DNA of 64,000 nucleotides from positions 749,066-813,065 of the forward strand of contig CAVXUH010000007.1 in assembly GCA_963764885.1 (NCBI GenBank). The letters are read 5' to 3'. Shown here piece after piece: positions 55,117 to 64,000 of this stretch (the first letter of the stretch is position 1; each line of letters opens with the position of its first letter). The DNA is from Candidatus Aminicenantes bacterium (GTDB taxonomy: Bacteria; Acidobacteriota; Aminicenantia; Aminicenantales; UBA8522). Position numbers and translations under genes: made by a program. The notes beneath the pieces were generated by a model. The model did no database searches, had not been told where the DNA came from, and saw nothing but the letters and a program-made list of their open reading frames with translations.

Positions 55117-56381
55117 GCGCCCTCGACCTTCCAGCGGGAGTCGATCCGGACGCACCCGAAATCGCGCCTGCCGCCCCCCGTCACCCGGAAGTGATACATC
55201 ATCTCGTGATGGTCATAAGCCTGGGCCAGCGTCGGGTCGTAGGCCGAGGCCGAGAAAAGATAGTCCCCGCCGAAGAGGGGGAGCGAGGGGATGATGAAAC
55301 GGACGAGGCCCTTGTCCTTGAAATCGCCTTCGACATCCTTCTCCAGGGTGTTCGGTCCGTAGATGAGAAGCTTGTAGATCGTGTTGATGGCGACGCCGAA
55401 GACCGGCACGCCCTCCGCGAGGTGGGAGACGTAGGAGATCTGGGCCTCGAAATAATCTCCCTGGGAGAAGGTGTTCTTGAGGAGGCCGCGCTCGTCCGCG
55501 AACCTCACGGAGGTGATCTCGACCTGGCGGGTCCCCCAGCGCCTCGAGTCCGCCGCCGGCGTCTGGGCTCCGTCGTCTTCCGGCTCGGGGCCGATCCCGT
55601 CGCCGCTCGTGATGAGCTGGTGGTAGCGCTTGACGGCCTCCTCGGCCGGCCCGAGGAAGGCCGCCCGGCCCCGGTCGAGGAGCAGGACCCGGCCGCAGAT
55701 CTGGCTGATCAGGTTCAGGTCGTGGGAGACGAGCAGGATGGTCGCTCCCTTCTCTTTGAAGGACAGGATCTTCTCGAAGCTCTTCTGCTGGAAGACCTCG
55801 TCGCCCACGGCGAAGACCTCGTCGATGAGGACGATGTCCGGCTCGAAAAAGATGACGGTCGAAAAGGCCAGCCTCAGGAACATCCCCGAGGAGTAGTTCT
55901 TGACCGGCGTGTGAATGAACTTGCGGAGGCCCGAGAATTCGACGATCCGGTCGAAATTCTCGCGGACGACGCGGCGCGGGATCTTGTAGACCGAACCGGT
56001 GAAATCGATGTTCTCGGCGCCCGTCAGCTCCGGGTTGAAGGCGGCGCCGAGCTCGATCAGGGGGGCCAGGCTGCCCTCCGTCGTGACGCTTCCCTCGGTC
56101 GTCGGGAAGATGCCGGCGATGATCTTGAGGAGCGTGCTCTTGCCGGCGCCGTTGCCGCCGATGACCCCGAAGATCTCCCCCCGCCGGACCTCGAGGTCGA
56201 TGTCCCTGAGGGCCCAGAATTCCCTCTTTTTCCGGCGGAGGAGCGAACGCAGGGCGCCCAGCCCCGCCTCCTTCAGCCTCACCCCTCTCTCGAGGTCCAG
56301 GTTGAACCGGATGCCCAGTGACGAGGCCCGGATGGCGGGCGCGGCGGGGCCGAGTCGGGTATCAGGAAAGGTGGAAGACAA
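55113..56381 (-). CDS. wzt: Polysaccharide ABC exporter ATP-binding subunit with C-terminal Wzt_C domain
   Basis: GGNGAGKST, YSSGM and IDEVFAVGD motifs; C-terminal RWG..GDY extension. Confidence 0.94.
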   Translation of the reverse strand: MSSTFPDTRLGPAAPAIRASSLGIRFNLDLERGVRLKEAGLGALRSLLRRKKREFWALRDIDLEVRRGEIFGVIGGNGAGKSTLLKIIAGIFPTTEGSVTTEGSLAPLIELGAAFNPELTGAENIDFTGSVYKIPRRVVRENFDRIVEFSGLRKFIHTPVKNYSSGMFLRLAFSTVIFFEPDIVLIDEVFAVGDEVFQQKSFEKILSFKEKGATILLVSHDLNLISQICGRVLLLDRGRAAFLGPAEEAVKRYHQLITSGDGIGPEPEDDGAQTPAADSRRWGTRQVEITSVRFADERGLLKNTFSQGDYFEAQISYVSHLAEGVPVFGVAINTIYKLLIYGPNTLEKDVEGDFKDKGLVRFIIPSLPLFGGDYLFSASAYDPTLAQAYDHHEMMYHFRVTGGGRRDFGCVRIDSRWKVEGA

Positions 56382-57168
56382 AGTCCTTTTCCCTCCGGAT
56401 GAAGATCAGGAAGCCGGCGGCGAAAGTGACGACGGCCAGGAGCGCCGCGATCCCCAGAACGTCCCAGGCCGGCAGCTCGGCCCGGTAGACGGGGGCGCGC
56501 AGGCTCTCGACAAAATAATAAAAGGGGTTGGCCAGGAACAGCGCCCGGTACTTTTCGGGAACGATGTCGGCGCTGTAGAAGACCGGCGTCGCGTAAAAGA
56601 GCGCCTGGAAGAGGATGGCGACGATGTGCTGGACGTCGCGGACCCGGATGTCCGCCACCGCCGCCAGGAGCGACAGCCCGAGCGCGAACAGGAAGTGGAG
56701 GAGGATGACGGCGGGGAGGATCAGCAGGGCCCAGGTCCACGGCATCCCGAAGATGATCATGAAGACGAGGAGGACCGCGGTCAGGATGAGGTGATCGGCG
56801 AACCGGGCGAGGACGTTCGAGACCGGGAAGGCCAGCTTGGGGACGTAAACCCGCCGGATGAGCGCCTGGTTGTTGACGACCGAGGCCGTCGCGATGGTGA
56901 CCGTCTGCTGGATCATCATCCAGGAGGTCAGGCCGGCGAACAGGAAGATCGGGTAGTGGGGGATCTCAAACCGCATGATCTTCGAGAAAACGACGGCCAG
57001 GATGAGAAGATAAAAGAGGGGGTTGAGGACGGTCCACAGAAAGCCGAGGGCGGAGTTCCGGTAGCGGAGCTTGAGCTCGACCCGCGTCAGATTGAGGACG
57101 AGGCTGCGATATTCGAAAAGCTCGCGGAGGCTGCCGCGCCGGGGCGCGCCCCCTCTTGTGGAAGCCAT
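56362..57168 (-). CDS. wzm: Polysaccharide ABC exporter permease
   Basis: LRYRNSALGFLW..NPL, RD, FYATPVFY and NP motifs. Confidence 0.94.
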   Translation of the reverse strand: MASTRGGAPRRGSLRELFEYRSLVLNLTRVELKLRYRNSALGFLWTVLNPLFYLLILAVVFSKIMRFEIPHYPIFLFAGLTSWMMIQQTVTIATASVVNNQALIRRVYVPKLAFPVSNVLARFADHLILTAVLLVFMIIFGMPWTWALLILPAVILLHFLFALGLSLLAAVADIRVRDVQHIVAILFQALFYATPVFYSADIVPEKYRALFLANPFYYFVESLRAPVYRAELPAWDVLGIAALLAVVTFAAGFLIFIRREKDFVFHLS

Positions 57169-57171
57169 CGG

Positions 57172-58065
57172 CTAGATCCTGAACTCCCCCGTGTCCACCC
57201 ACTCCTTCTTGAGGATGGACCAGAAGTCTTCGGCCAGGCCCTGTTTCACATATTCGTAGGGCAGCCAGCCGTAGCCGCCCTCGCCCCAGTCCTTTCCCCA
57301 GGAGTTCCGGATGAGCAGGGCCCCGGTCGTCGGCCGGTCCTCGTACTCGTTCCGGATCTCCTTCTTATCGTCGTAACCGACGGCGACGATGGCGTGACCG
57401 CCTTCCATCCTGTCCCTGGGAGAGGGGAAGGGGATCGCCCCGGTCTCCGCGGCCTGCTCGATCGAGCTGTAGACGGAAAAACCGAACATGGCGGGATGGC
57501 CGGCGGCGAGATAAGTCTTGAGGCGTTCGATAACGCAGCCCGATCCCGCCGAGGCCGGGTCGTGCCGGTAATACATCAGCGTCTTGTAGTTCTGGGCGAA
57601 GGAATAGCAGAAGGCGGGCGGCTCCTTGTCGAACCCGTTGGGATTATCCGTGTACGGCCAATACTCCTCCGGCGGAACGCCGAAGAGGACCATGGATCCG
57701 ATCGTCGTCCGGAGGTAGGCGCCGGTGTCGCCGCTCATCTTCATCAGGTTCCGGGTGACCTTGTAGAGAAAGAGGCGCGAAGCTTCGATGTGCCGGCCGA
57801 AGGACTTGCGTTCGTAGTATTCGATGACCCCGGCCCCGGCGTTGGCGGTGCAGGAGCCCAGCTGCCCCTGGTCTTCGATGGGCGAGCACCACTGGCGGAG
57901 ATCGACGGACGGGGGGAGCGCGACGGCCGGCTTCTTTTTTCCGCCCGGCGCGCGGAGCAGGACGCCGGTCGGCTCCAGGATCTCCCTGATCTTCCGGTTG
58001 TCTTCCGTGAAGTCCCTGAAATCCGGGTAGTCCGGGATCCAACCCATGGCCATTTTGTTGTCCAT
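57172..58065 (-). CDS. C1 (papain-family) cysteine peptidase
   Basis: DQGQLGSC (Gln/Cys), GGHAI (His) and RNSWG (Asn); no signal peptide; AGGAG RBS. Confidence 0.93.
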   Translation of the reverse strand: MDNKMAMGWIPDYPDFRDFTEDNRKIREILEPTGVLLRAPGGKKKPAVALPPSVDLRQWCSPIEDQGQLGSCTANAGAGVIEYYERKSFGRHIEASRLFLYKVTRNLMKMSGDTGAYLRTTIGSMVLFGVPPEEYWPYTDNPNGFDKEPPAFCYSFAQNYKTLMYYRHDPASAGSGCVIERLKTYLAAGHPAMFGFSVYSSIEQAAETGAIPFPSPRDRMEGGHAIVAVGYDDKKEIRNEYEDRPTTGALLIRNSWGKDWGEGGYGWLPYEYVKQGLAEDFWSILKKEWVDTGEFRI

Positions 58066-58087
58066 CCGGTCTCCTATACCGGGTCAG

Positions 58088-58116
58088 ATTCTATGGATTG
58101 CCGGAGGAAGTGTCAA
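58088..58116 (-). promoter_or_regulatory. Strong sigma70-type promoter of the peptidase-wzm-wzt operon
   Basis: TTGACA-N17-TAGAAT on the minus strand. Confidence 0.7.
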
Positions 58117-58126
58117 CCCGGTTCAA

Positions 58127-58156
58127 TTGATTCGGCCGCGAGGAATATGCTACATT
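58127..58156 (+). promoter_or_regulatory. Possible promoter for lptD (leaderless transcript)
   Basis: TTGATT-N18-TACATT with TG extension, 6 nt before GTG 58163. Confidence 0.4.
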
Positions 58157-58162
58157 TGCCGG

Positions 58163-60437
58163 GTGTTAGAAGCCGGCCGTCGATATCTGCCCGGATTCCC
58201 GGTCCGCGACGGACCGGCGCTGGCCGTTGCCGTTTTCCTGGCGGTTTCAGGGATGGCCTGGCTGCCCGTTCAGGGGCTCGCGGCGCCGCCGGCCGCCCAG
58301 GAAAAAACCGAGCCCCCTCCGCCGTCCCAGCCCGCTCCCCAGGCCGTCGCTCCCCAGGCGCCGGCCGCGAAGCCGACCGGGCTCGAGGCCCCGATCACCG
58401 TCCTCGCCCATGAGAAGCGATGGGAGAAGAACCGGGTCTTCGCCTCGGGGAATGTGGAGGTCCACTACAAGGACATCAAGCTCTTCGCCGACCAACTCGA
58501 GGTGGACACCGAGACCAAGGACGTCATCGCGACCGGCAACGTCACCCTCCAGCTTCCCAGGGAGGTCATCAACGCGGAGAAGGTCTTCTATAACCTGGAT
58601 TCCCGGCAGGCCCGGTTCGAGCAGGCGGCGGGCATGATCGAGCCGAGCGTCTTCTACCGGGCGGCGGTGATCGAGGAGACGAACCGGGAGACGCTGAGCC
58701 TGACCAAGGCCAGCCTGACGACGTGCACCCAGCCCACGCCCCGCTGGCGGTTCTCCGCCTCCAAGGCCTATCTCAAGAAAGACGATTATGTCTACCATGT
58801 GGAACTCCCTCCTGACCATCAAGAAGGTCCCGGTTTTCTACTGGCCCTACCTGCGCTACCCGCTCAACCGCGAGCGGGCCACCGGCTTCCTGATGCCCCA
58901 GGTCGGCTACTCGGCCGTCAAGGGGACGTTCCTGGGCGAGACCTTCTACTGGGCCATCGCCCGGAACATGGACGCCACCTTCGACGCCGATTATTACTCC
59001 AACAAGGGAGTGGGGGCCGGCGCGGAGTACCGCTACCTGTTCGGCGACGGGACGGGAGGCGAGGCCCGGGTCTATTATTTCCGTTTCAAGCCGGGCCGGA
59101 GCACGTCCGACTCGCCCGGCGCCTACAGCTTCCGCCTCCACCACAACCAGCCCCTGCCCCTGGATTTCCGGCTGGTCTCGAACATCGATTACCAGACATC
59201 GTTCGATTTCCTCCGGGAATTCGACAACAACTACAAGCGGGCGCTGTTCTCGAATTTCCGCTCGGAGGCCTACATCACCCGGGCCTGGTCCTACTACAAT
59301 TTCAGCGTCCGGGCCTCCCGGTACGAAACCCTCTACCAGAGCATCAACGATTCCATCCTCACCTATTACATGCCCCAGGCCGCCCTCAATTCGTTCAAGA
59401 TCAAGCTCTTTTCGCCCCTCTATTTCTCGTTCAACACCTCGTTCACGAGCTGGAAGTACGGCTGGAAGAGCGAGTTCGACAACCACCAGGAGCGCCACTA
59501 CCAGAGCGTCGGGTTCAACCCGACCCTGAGCCTGCCCTTCTCCGGGATCCCCTGGCTGACCGTCGATTCCAGCCTCTCCTCGAACCTCGTCTACTATGCC
59601 CAATCGCTTTCGCCGGGCACCCGGCGGATCATCAACGAGCCGGTGATGCAGTTCAATTACGTCTTCAACGTCGATGTGACCGGCCCCGTTATCTTCAAGA
59701 TCTACCGGAACTCGAAGGGCGAGAACTCGGTCAAGCACCTGATCGAGCCGGCCCTCAGCTTCCGCTATGACAGCCCGGTGAGCCAGGCGGACAGGATCGT
59801 CACGGCCTACGGTTTCTTCAGGTACTACCAGCTCTCCTACGGGCTGACCAACCGGCTGATCGTCAAGCGGGAGATGCCGCGGGAGATCTTCACCTGGGGC
59901 GTGAACCAGACCTATTACCTTTCGCCCGAGGACAGCCCGTTGAGCTTTTACAACTACAAGGACAAGGTCCTGCGCTTTTCCGACATCAGCAGCTTCGTGA
60001 GGTTCTATCCGTTCGGTCCTTATAGCCTGGACGCCTCGGTCGGCTACAACACCTATTTCAAGCTGTTCTCCTACATCCGCCTGTCGGGCAACCTGAATTC
60101 CTACGAGTCCCCGTTCTTCCTGTCGGTGAACTGGTTCAAGAGCATGAACCCCTTCTACAAGGACATCCTGGGCGACCGGCAGCAGGTCGGCATCACCACC
60201 CGGCTGGCCCTGCCCAGCCTGCCGTTCGAGGCCTTGGGCGAGATCGACCTCAACATCCTGGAGCGAAAAATTCTTTACTCCGGGCTCGCGCTCGTCTATC
60301 ATTACCAGTGCCTCGATTTCAAGGCCGACGTGCGCGTTTTCAACTATCGCGACCAGCCGGAGTTCCAATTTCGGATTTCCATCGGCCTGGGCAATATCGG
60401 CAAGTCGACGGACTTCATGGGAGGCGCAGGTTACTGA
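58163..60437 (+). CDS. lptD: LPS-assembly protein LptD, split by an apparent +1 frameshift near 58793
   Basis: 5' frame has a signal peptide, ASGNVEVHY..ADQLEVD..ATGNV and TTCTQPTPRW. 3' frame has VPVFYWPY, RATGFLMP, an aromatic beta-barrel and HYQC. Start position uncertain. Confidence 0.85.
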
Positions 60438-60438
60438 C

Positions 60439-61509
60439 ATGAAAGGCTTGATATTGAGCGGCGGCAAGGGCACCCGGCTCCGTCCCCTGACCTTCACCCA
60501 GGCCAAGCAGCTCGTGCCGGTGGCGAACAAGCCGGTCCTCTTCTACGGGATCGAGGCCCTCGTCGACGCCGGCATCCGCGACATCGGGATCATCGTCGGC
60601 GACACCCGGAACGAGATCCAGGAGGCGGCCGGGGACGGGTCGCGGTGGGGCGCGGACGTCCGGATCACCTACATCGACCAGGCCGAGCCCCTCGGCCTGG
60701 CCCACGCCGTGCTCATCGCCGAGCCGTTCCTCCGGGACGAGCCGTTCGTCATGTACCTGGGCGACAACATCCTGAAGAGCGGCATCATCTCGCTCGTCAG
60801 GGTCTTCGAGGAACGCCGGCCGAACGCCCTGATCCTGCTGACCCCGGTCCCCAACCCGCAGATGTTCGGGGTCGCCGAGCTCCGCGACAACCGGGTCATC
60901 CGGCTCGTGGAAAAGCCCAAGGAGCCCGCCTCGAACCTGGCGCTGGTCGGGGTCTACATGTTCGACGCCCACATCTTCGAGGCGGTCAAGGCCATCCGGC
61001 CGTCCTGGCGGAACGAGCTGGAGATCACCGACGCCATCCAGTACCTCGTGGAGCGGGGCTACGCCGTGCAGCCGCACCTCGTCTCCGGCTGGTGGAAAGA
61101 CACCGGCAAGATCGAAGATATCCTGGACGCCAACCGCCTGATCCTCGAGACGATCGAGGGGGCGATCGAGGGGACGGTCGACGCGGCGTCCAAGGTGAGC
61201 GGCGCCGTCGTCATCGAGGCCGGGGCGGCCGTCCGGGCGAGCACCATCCGCGGTCCGGCCATCATCGGCGCCGGGACGGAGATCACCGACTCCTACATCG
61301 GCCCCTTCACCTCGATCCAGAAGCGGTGCCGGATCGTCGGCACCGAGATCGAGCACAGCATCGTCCTCGAGGGAAGCGAGATCCTGGACATCGGCAGCCG
61401 GATCGACGAGAGCCTGATCGGCCGGGACGTCCGCATCCACAAGTGCCCGCCCAAGCCGCTGGCCTACCGGTTCATGGTCGGCGACAAAAGCGAGATCGGG
61501 CTCAAGTGA
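60439..61509 (+). CDS. rmlA: Glucose-1-phosphate thymidylyltransferase (long form)
   Basis: GGKGTRLRPLT, KQLVPVANKP, EKP, ELEITDA and WWKDTG motifs; hexapeptide tail. Confidence 0.94.
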   Translation: MKGLILSGGKGTRLRPLTFTQAKQLVPVANKPVLFYGIEALVDAGIRDIGIIVGDTRNEIQEAAGDGSRWGADVRITYIDQAEPLGLAHAVLIAEPFLRDEPFVMYLGDNILKSGIISLVRVFEERRPNALILLTPVPNPQMFGVAELRDNRVIRLVEKPKEPASNLALVGVYMFDAHIFEAVKAIRPSWRNELEITDAIQYLVERGYAVQPHLVSGWWKDTGKIEDILDANRLILETIEGAIEGTVDAASKVSGAVVIEAGAAVRASTIRGPAIIGAGTEITDSYIGPFTSIQKRCRIVGTEIEHSIVLEGSEILDIGSRIDESLIGRDVRIHKCPPKPLAYRFMVGDKSEIGLK

Positions 61510-61542
61510 AGGCCGGCCGGCGCCGGCGCAAGGGAGACGCAC

Positions 61543-61998
61543 ATGATCGACGGAGTGAAGACTAAGAAGCTGCGGGTCATTCCCGACGAGCGCGGCCGGC
61601 TGATGGAGATCCTGCGGCGGGACGACGAGCTGTTCGTCGAGTTCGGGCAGGTCTACGTCACGACGACCTATCCGGGCGTCGTCAAGGCCTGGCACAAGCA
61701 CGAACAGCAGGCCGACAACATCGCCTGCGTCGCCGGCCTGATCAAGCTGGCGGTTTACGACGGCCGGCCCGGCTCGGCGACCCGGGGCGAGGTCAACCAG
61801 TTCTACCTCGGCGTCCACAACCCGGTGCTCGTCCAGCTCCCGGCCGGCGTCCACCACGGCTGGATGTGCGTGAGCCCGGAGGAGGCGGTGGTCGTCAACA
61901 TCCCCACCCGGACCTACGATTACGCGCACCCCGACGAGCAGCGGCTCGACCCGGCCACGCCCGACATCCCCTACGACTGGACCCGGAAGGACGGATGA
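61543..61998 (+). CDS. rmlC: dTDP-4-dehydrorhamnose 3,5-epimerase family cupin
   Basis: DERG, KAWHKH, YDGRPGS and PAGVHHG motifs. Confidence 0.85.
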   Translation: MIDGVKTKKLRVIPDERGRLMEILRRDDELFVEFGQVYVTTTYPGVVKAWHKHEQQADNIACVAGLIKLAVYDGRPGSATRGEVNQFYLGVHNPVLVQLPAGVHHGWMCVSPEEAVVVNIPTRTYDYAHPDEQRLDPATPDIPYDWTRKDG

Positions 61999-63032
61999 AC
62001 ACCGAAAGGACGATCGACGGACGGACGCTCCTCGTGACCGGCGGGGCCGGCTTCATCGGCAGCAATTTCATCCGCCACGTCCTGAGAGAATACCCGGGCG
62101 TCAGGATCATCAACCTGGACAAGCTGACCTACGCCGGGAACCTGGACAACCTGGCGGACGTGGACAAGGACCCCCGGTACGAATTCGTCCGGGGCGATGT
62201 CCGGAGCCAGGAGCTCGTCCGGCAGCTCTATGCGCGGGTCCAGGGCGTCGTCCACTTCGCCGCCGAGACGCACGTCGACCGGTCGATCGTCGACGCGGGC
62301 GAGTTCGTCCTGACCGACGTCTACGGGACGTTCGTCCTCCTCGACGCCCTGAAGTCGTCCCCCCAGATCGACTTTTTCCTCCACGTCTCGACCGACGAGG
62401 TCTACGGGAGCCGGGAGGAGGGCTTCTTCAAGGAGACCGACCCCCTGAACCCGTCCTCGCCCTACGCCGCGAGCAAGGCGGGCGCCGACCGGCTGGCCTA
62501 CGCCTACCGCGTGACCTTCGGCCTGCCGGTGATCATCGTCCGGCCGAGCAACAATTTCGGCCCCTTTCAGTATCCGGAAAAGTTCATCCCCCTGTTCGTC
62601 ACGCAGGCGCTCGAGGACAAACCGCTGCCGCTCTACGGCAAGGGCGAGAACGTCCGCGACTGGCTCCACGTCGAGGACAACTGCCGGGCGATCGACCTGG
62701 CCATCCGCCGCGGCGACCCGGGCGAAGCGTACAACATCGGCGCCGGGAACGAGGTCCGCAATATCCAGATCGCCGAGACGATCTGCGACCTCCTGGGCAA
62801 GCCGCGCGGCCTGATCACCTTCGTCCCCGACCGGCTCGGCCACGACGTGCGCTACGCCCTCGACTGCGGCAAGCTCCGGGCGCTCGGCTGGCAGCCCCGG
62901 GCCGCCTTCGATGACGCCCTGGCCGCGACCGTCCGCTGGTACCGGGAGCACGAAGACTGGTGGCGGAAGATCAAGGACCGCAGCCGCGAATTCCAGTCGT
63001 TCTATGCGGAGTACTACAAGGACCGAAAATAG
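61995..63032 (+). CDS. rmlB: dTDP-glucose 4,6-dehydratase
   Basis: GGAGFIG, DKLTYAGN, AAETHVDRSI, STDEVYG, PYAASK and DRLGHDVRY motifs. Confidence 0.96.
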   Translation: MNTERTIDGRTLLVTGGAGFIGSNFIRHVLREYPGVRIINLDKLTYAGNLDNLADVDKDPRYEFVRGDVRSQELVRQLYARVQGVVHFAAETHVDRSIVDAGEFVLTDVYGTFVLLDALKSSPQIDFFLHVSTDEVYGSREEGFFKETDPLNPSSPYAASKAGADRLAYAYRVTFGLPVIIVRPSNNFGPFQYPEKFIPLFVTQALEDKPLPLYGKGENVRDWLHVEDNCRAIDLAIRRGDPGEAYNIGAGNEVRNIQIAETICDLLGKPRGLITFVPDRLGHDVRYALDCGKLRALGWQPRAAFDDALAATVRWYREHEDWWRKIKDRSREFQSFYAEYYKDRK

Positions 63033-63053
63033 GATGCGCCGAAGGTCCCGAGC

Positions 63054-64000
63054 ATGGCGAAGACCACGGTCCTGATCACCGGCGCCACCGGGTTTGCCGG
63101 CCGGCATCTCAGGGACTTGCTGCCGGCTTCGAAATACGCGGTGTTCGGGACGTGTTTTCCCCAGCCCCCCCGCGAATCCGAGCACCATATTTTTTTGCTG
63201 GACCTCCGCTCGGAGCGGGACGTCTACGACGCCGTGAGGACGGTCTGCCCGCAGTGGGTCTTCCATCTGGCCGCCGTCTCCAATGTCCGGCAGTCCTGGG
63301 ACCGTCGGAAGGAGACGATGGAGACCAACGTCATGGGCACCTTCTATCTCCTGGAGGCGATCAAAAAATACGCGGCCGACGCCCGGGTCCTTTTCGTCAG
63401 CTCCTCCGACATCTACGGCGAGATGTCCGCGGGCGGCGGGACCGCCGGCCGGCCGGTCGGCGAGGATGGGGCGTTCGAGCTCATCAACCCCTACGGGCTG
63501 TCCAAGTTGGAGGGCGAGCTGCTCAGCCGATTCTACTGCCGGATCGACGCCCTCGACATCGTCATCGCCCGGCCGTTTCCTCACACCGGGCCGGGGCAGA
63601 CGCCGGATTTTGTCTGTTCCGACTGGGCGCGGCAGGTCATCCGCATCGAGCGGGGCGCCCAGGAGTCCGTCCTCAAGGTGGGAAACCTGAACGTGCGGCG
63701 GGACTTCACCGACGTCCGGGACGTCGTCCGCGCCTACCTCTTGCTGATGCAGAAGGGCGGGCGGGGCGAGGTCTACAACATCTGCCGGGGCGAGGCCGTG
63801 CCGCTGCGCGCAATCCTCGATATCCTGCTCTCGCATTCCGCCCGGGTCATCGACGTCGAGACGGACACCGCGAAATTACGGCCGTCGGATATCTCCTATC
63901 TGGCGGGTGACAACGGCAAGATCCGCCGGGCGACGGGCTGGCAACCGGTGATCCCCCTGGAGCAGACGCTCCGCGACCTCCTGGATTACTGGCGCTCCCA
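63054..64000 (+). CDS. GDP-4-keto-6-deoxy-D-mannose reductase (Rmd)/Gmd-like SDR, running off the right edge
   Basis: Not in the ORF track. My translation: MAKTTVLITGATGFAG..HLAAVS..SSSDIYG..NPYGLSK..RPFPHTGPGQ..VGNLNVRRDFTDVRD..EQTLRDLLDYWRS. Confidence 0.85.
   Translation, partial: MAKTTVLITGATGFAGRHLRDLLPASKYAVFGTCFPQPPRESEHHIFLLDLRSERDVYDAVRTVCPQWVFHLAAVSNVRQSWDRRKETMETNVMGTFYLLEAIKKYAADARVLFVSSSDIYGEMSAGGGTAGRPVGEDGAFELINPYGLSKLEGELLSRFYCRIDALDIVIARPFPHTGPGQTPDFVCSDWARQVIRIERGAQESVLKVGNLNVRRDFTDVRDVVRAYLLLMQKGGRGEVYNICRGEAVPLRAILDILLSHSARVIDVETDTAKLRPSDISYLAGDNGKIRRATGWQPVIPLEQTLRDLLDYWRS

Overview
High-GC bacterial chromosomal window from a diderm organism (lpxD and lptD are present). 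The split atp operon, the PheT lacking its B2 domain and the BACON/Ig-type surface protein suggest Acidobacteriota, perhaps Ca. Aminicenantia; this is inference only. Contents in order: (1) 1-7.3 kb, an arginine-catabolism operon with no arginine deiminase in the window, comprising a COG2403-type arginine-synthetase (ArcE)-like gene, carbamate kinase and ornithine carbamoyltransferase, followed by a coupled unknown gene; nearby are an APC amino-acid permease, a short ArfA-like basic ORF and a sigma54-type promoter. (2) 8-29.5 kb, conserved housekeeping genes: tRNA-Val, thrS-infC-rpmI-rplT-pheST-zapB-zapA-rny-ymdB-xseAB-ispA-dxs-tlyA-nadK, a shortened glgA-like gene, trxAB, lpxD, yihY and Fo ATP synthase genes. 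(3) 29.5-64 kb, a large cell-surface glycan locus: GDP-mannose 3,5-epimerase with an Fkp-like kinase/guanylyltransferase, a WbaP-type priming transferase, many glycosyltransferases and methyltransferases, a GT-C-like membrane protein, a large secreted protein, a PqqD/RRE-like GT2 fusion, Wzm/Wzt preceded by a papain-like protease, lptD, and rml and rmd-like genes. A ~205-bp CTAG-bounded, hairpin-rich element occurs twice in full and once in part. Three genes carry apparent single-base insertions that may be sequencing errors. No CRISPR array, rRNA or transposase was seen. All calls are by eye from motifs and gene context; no searches were run.
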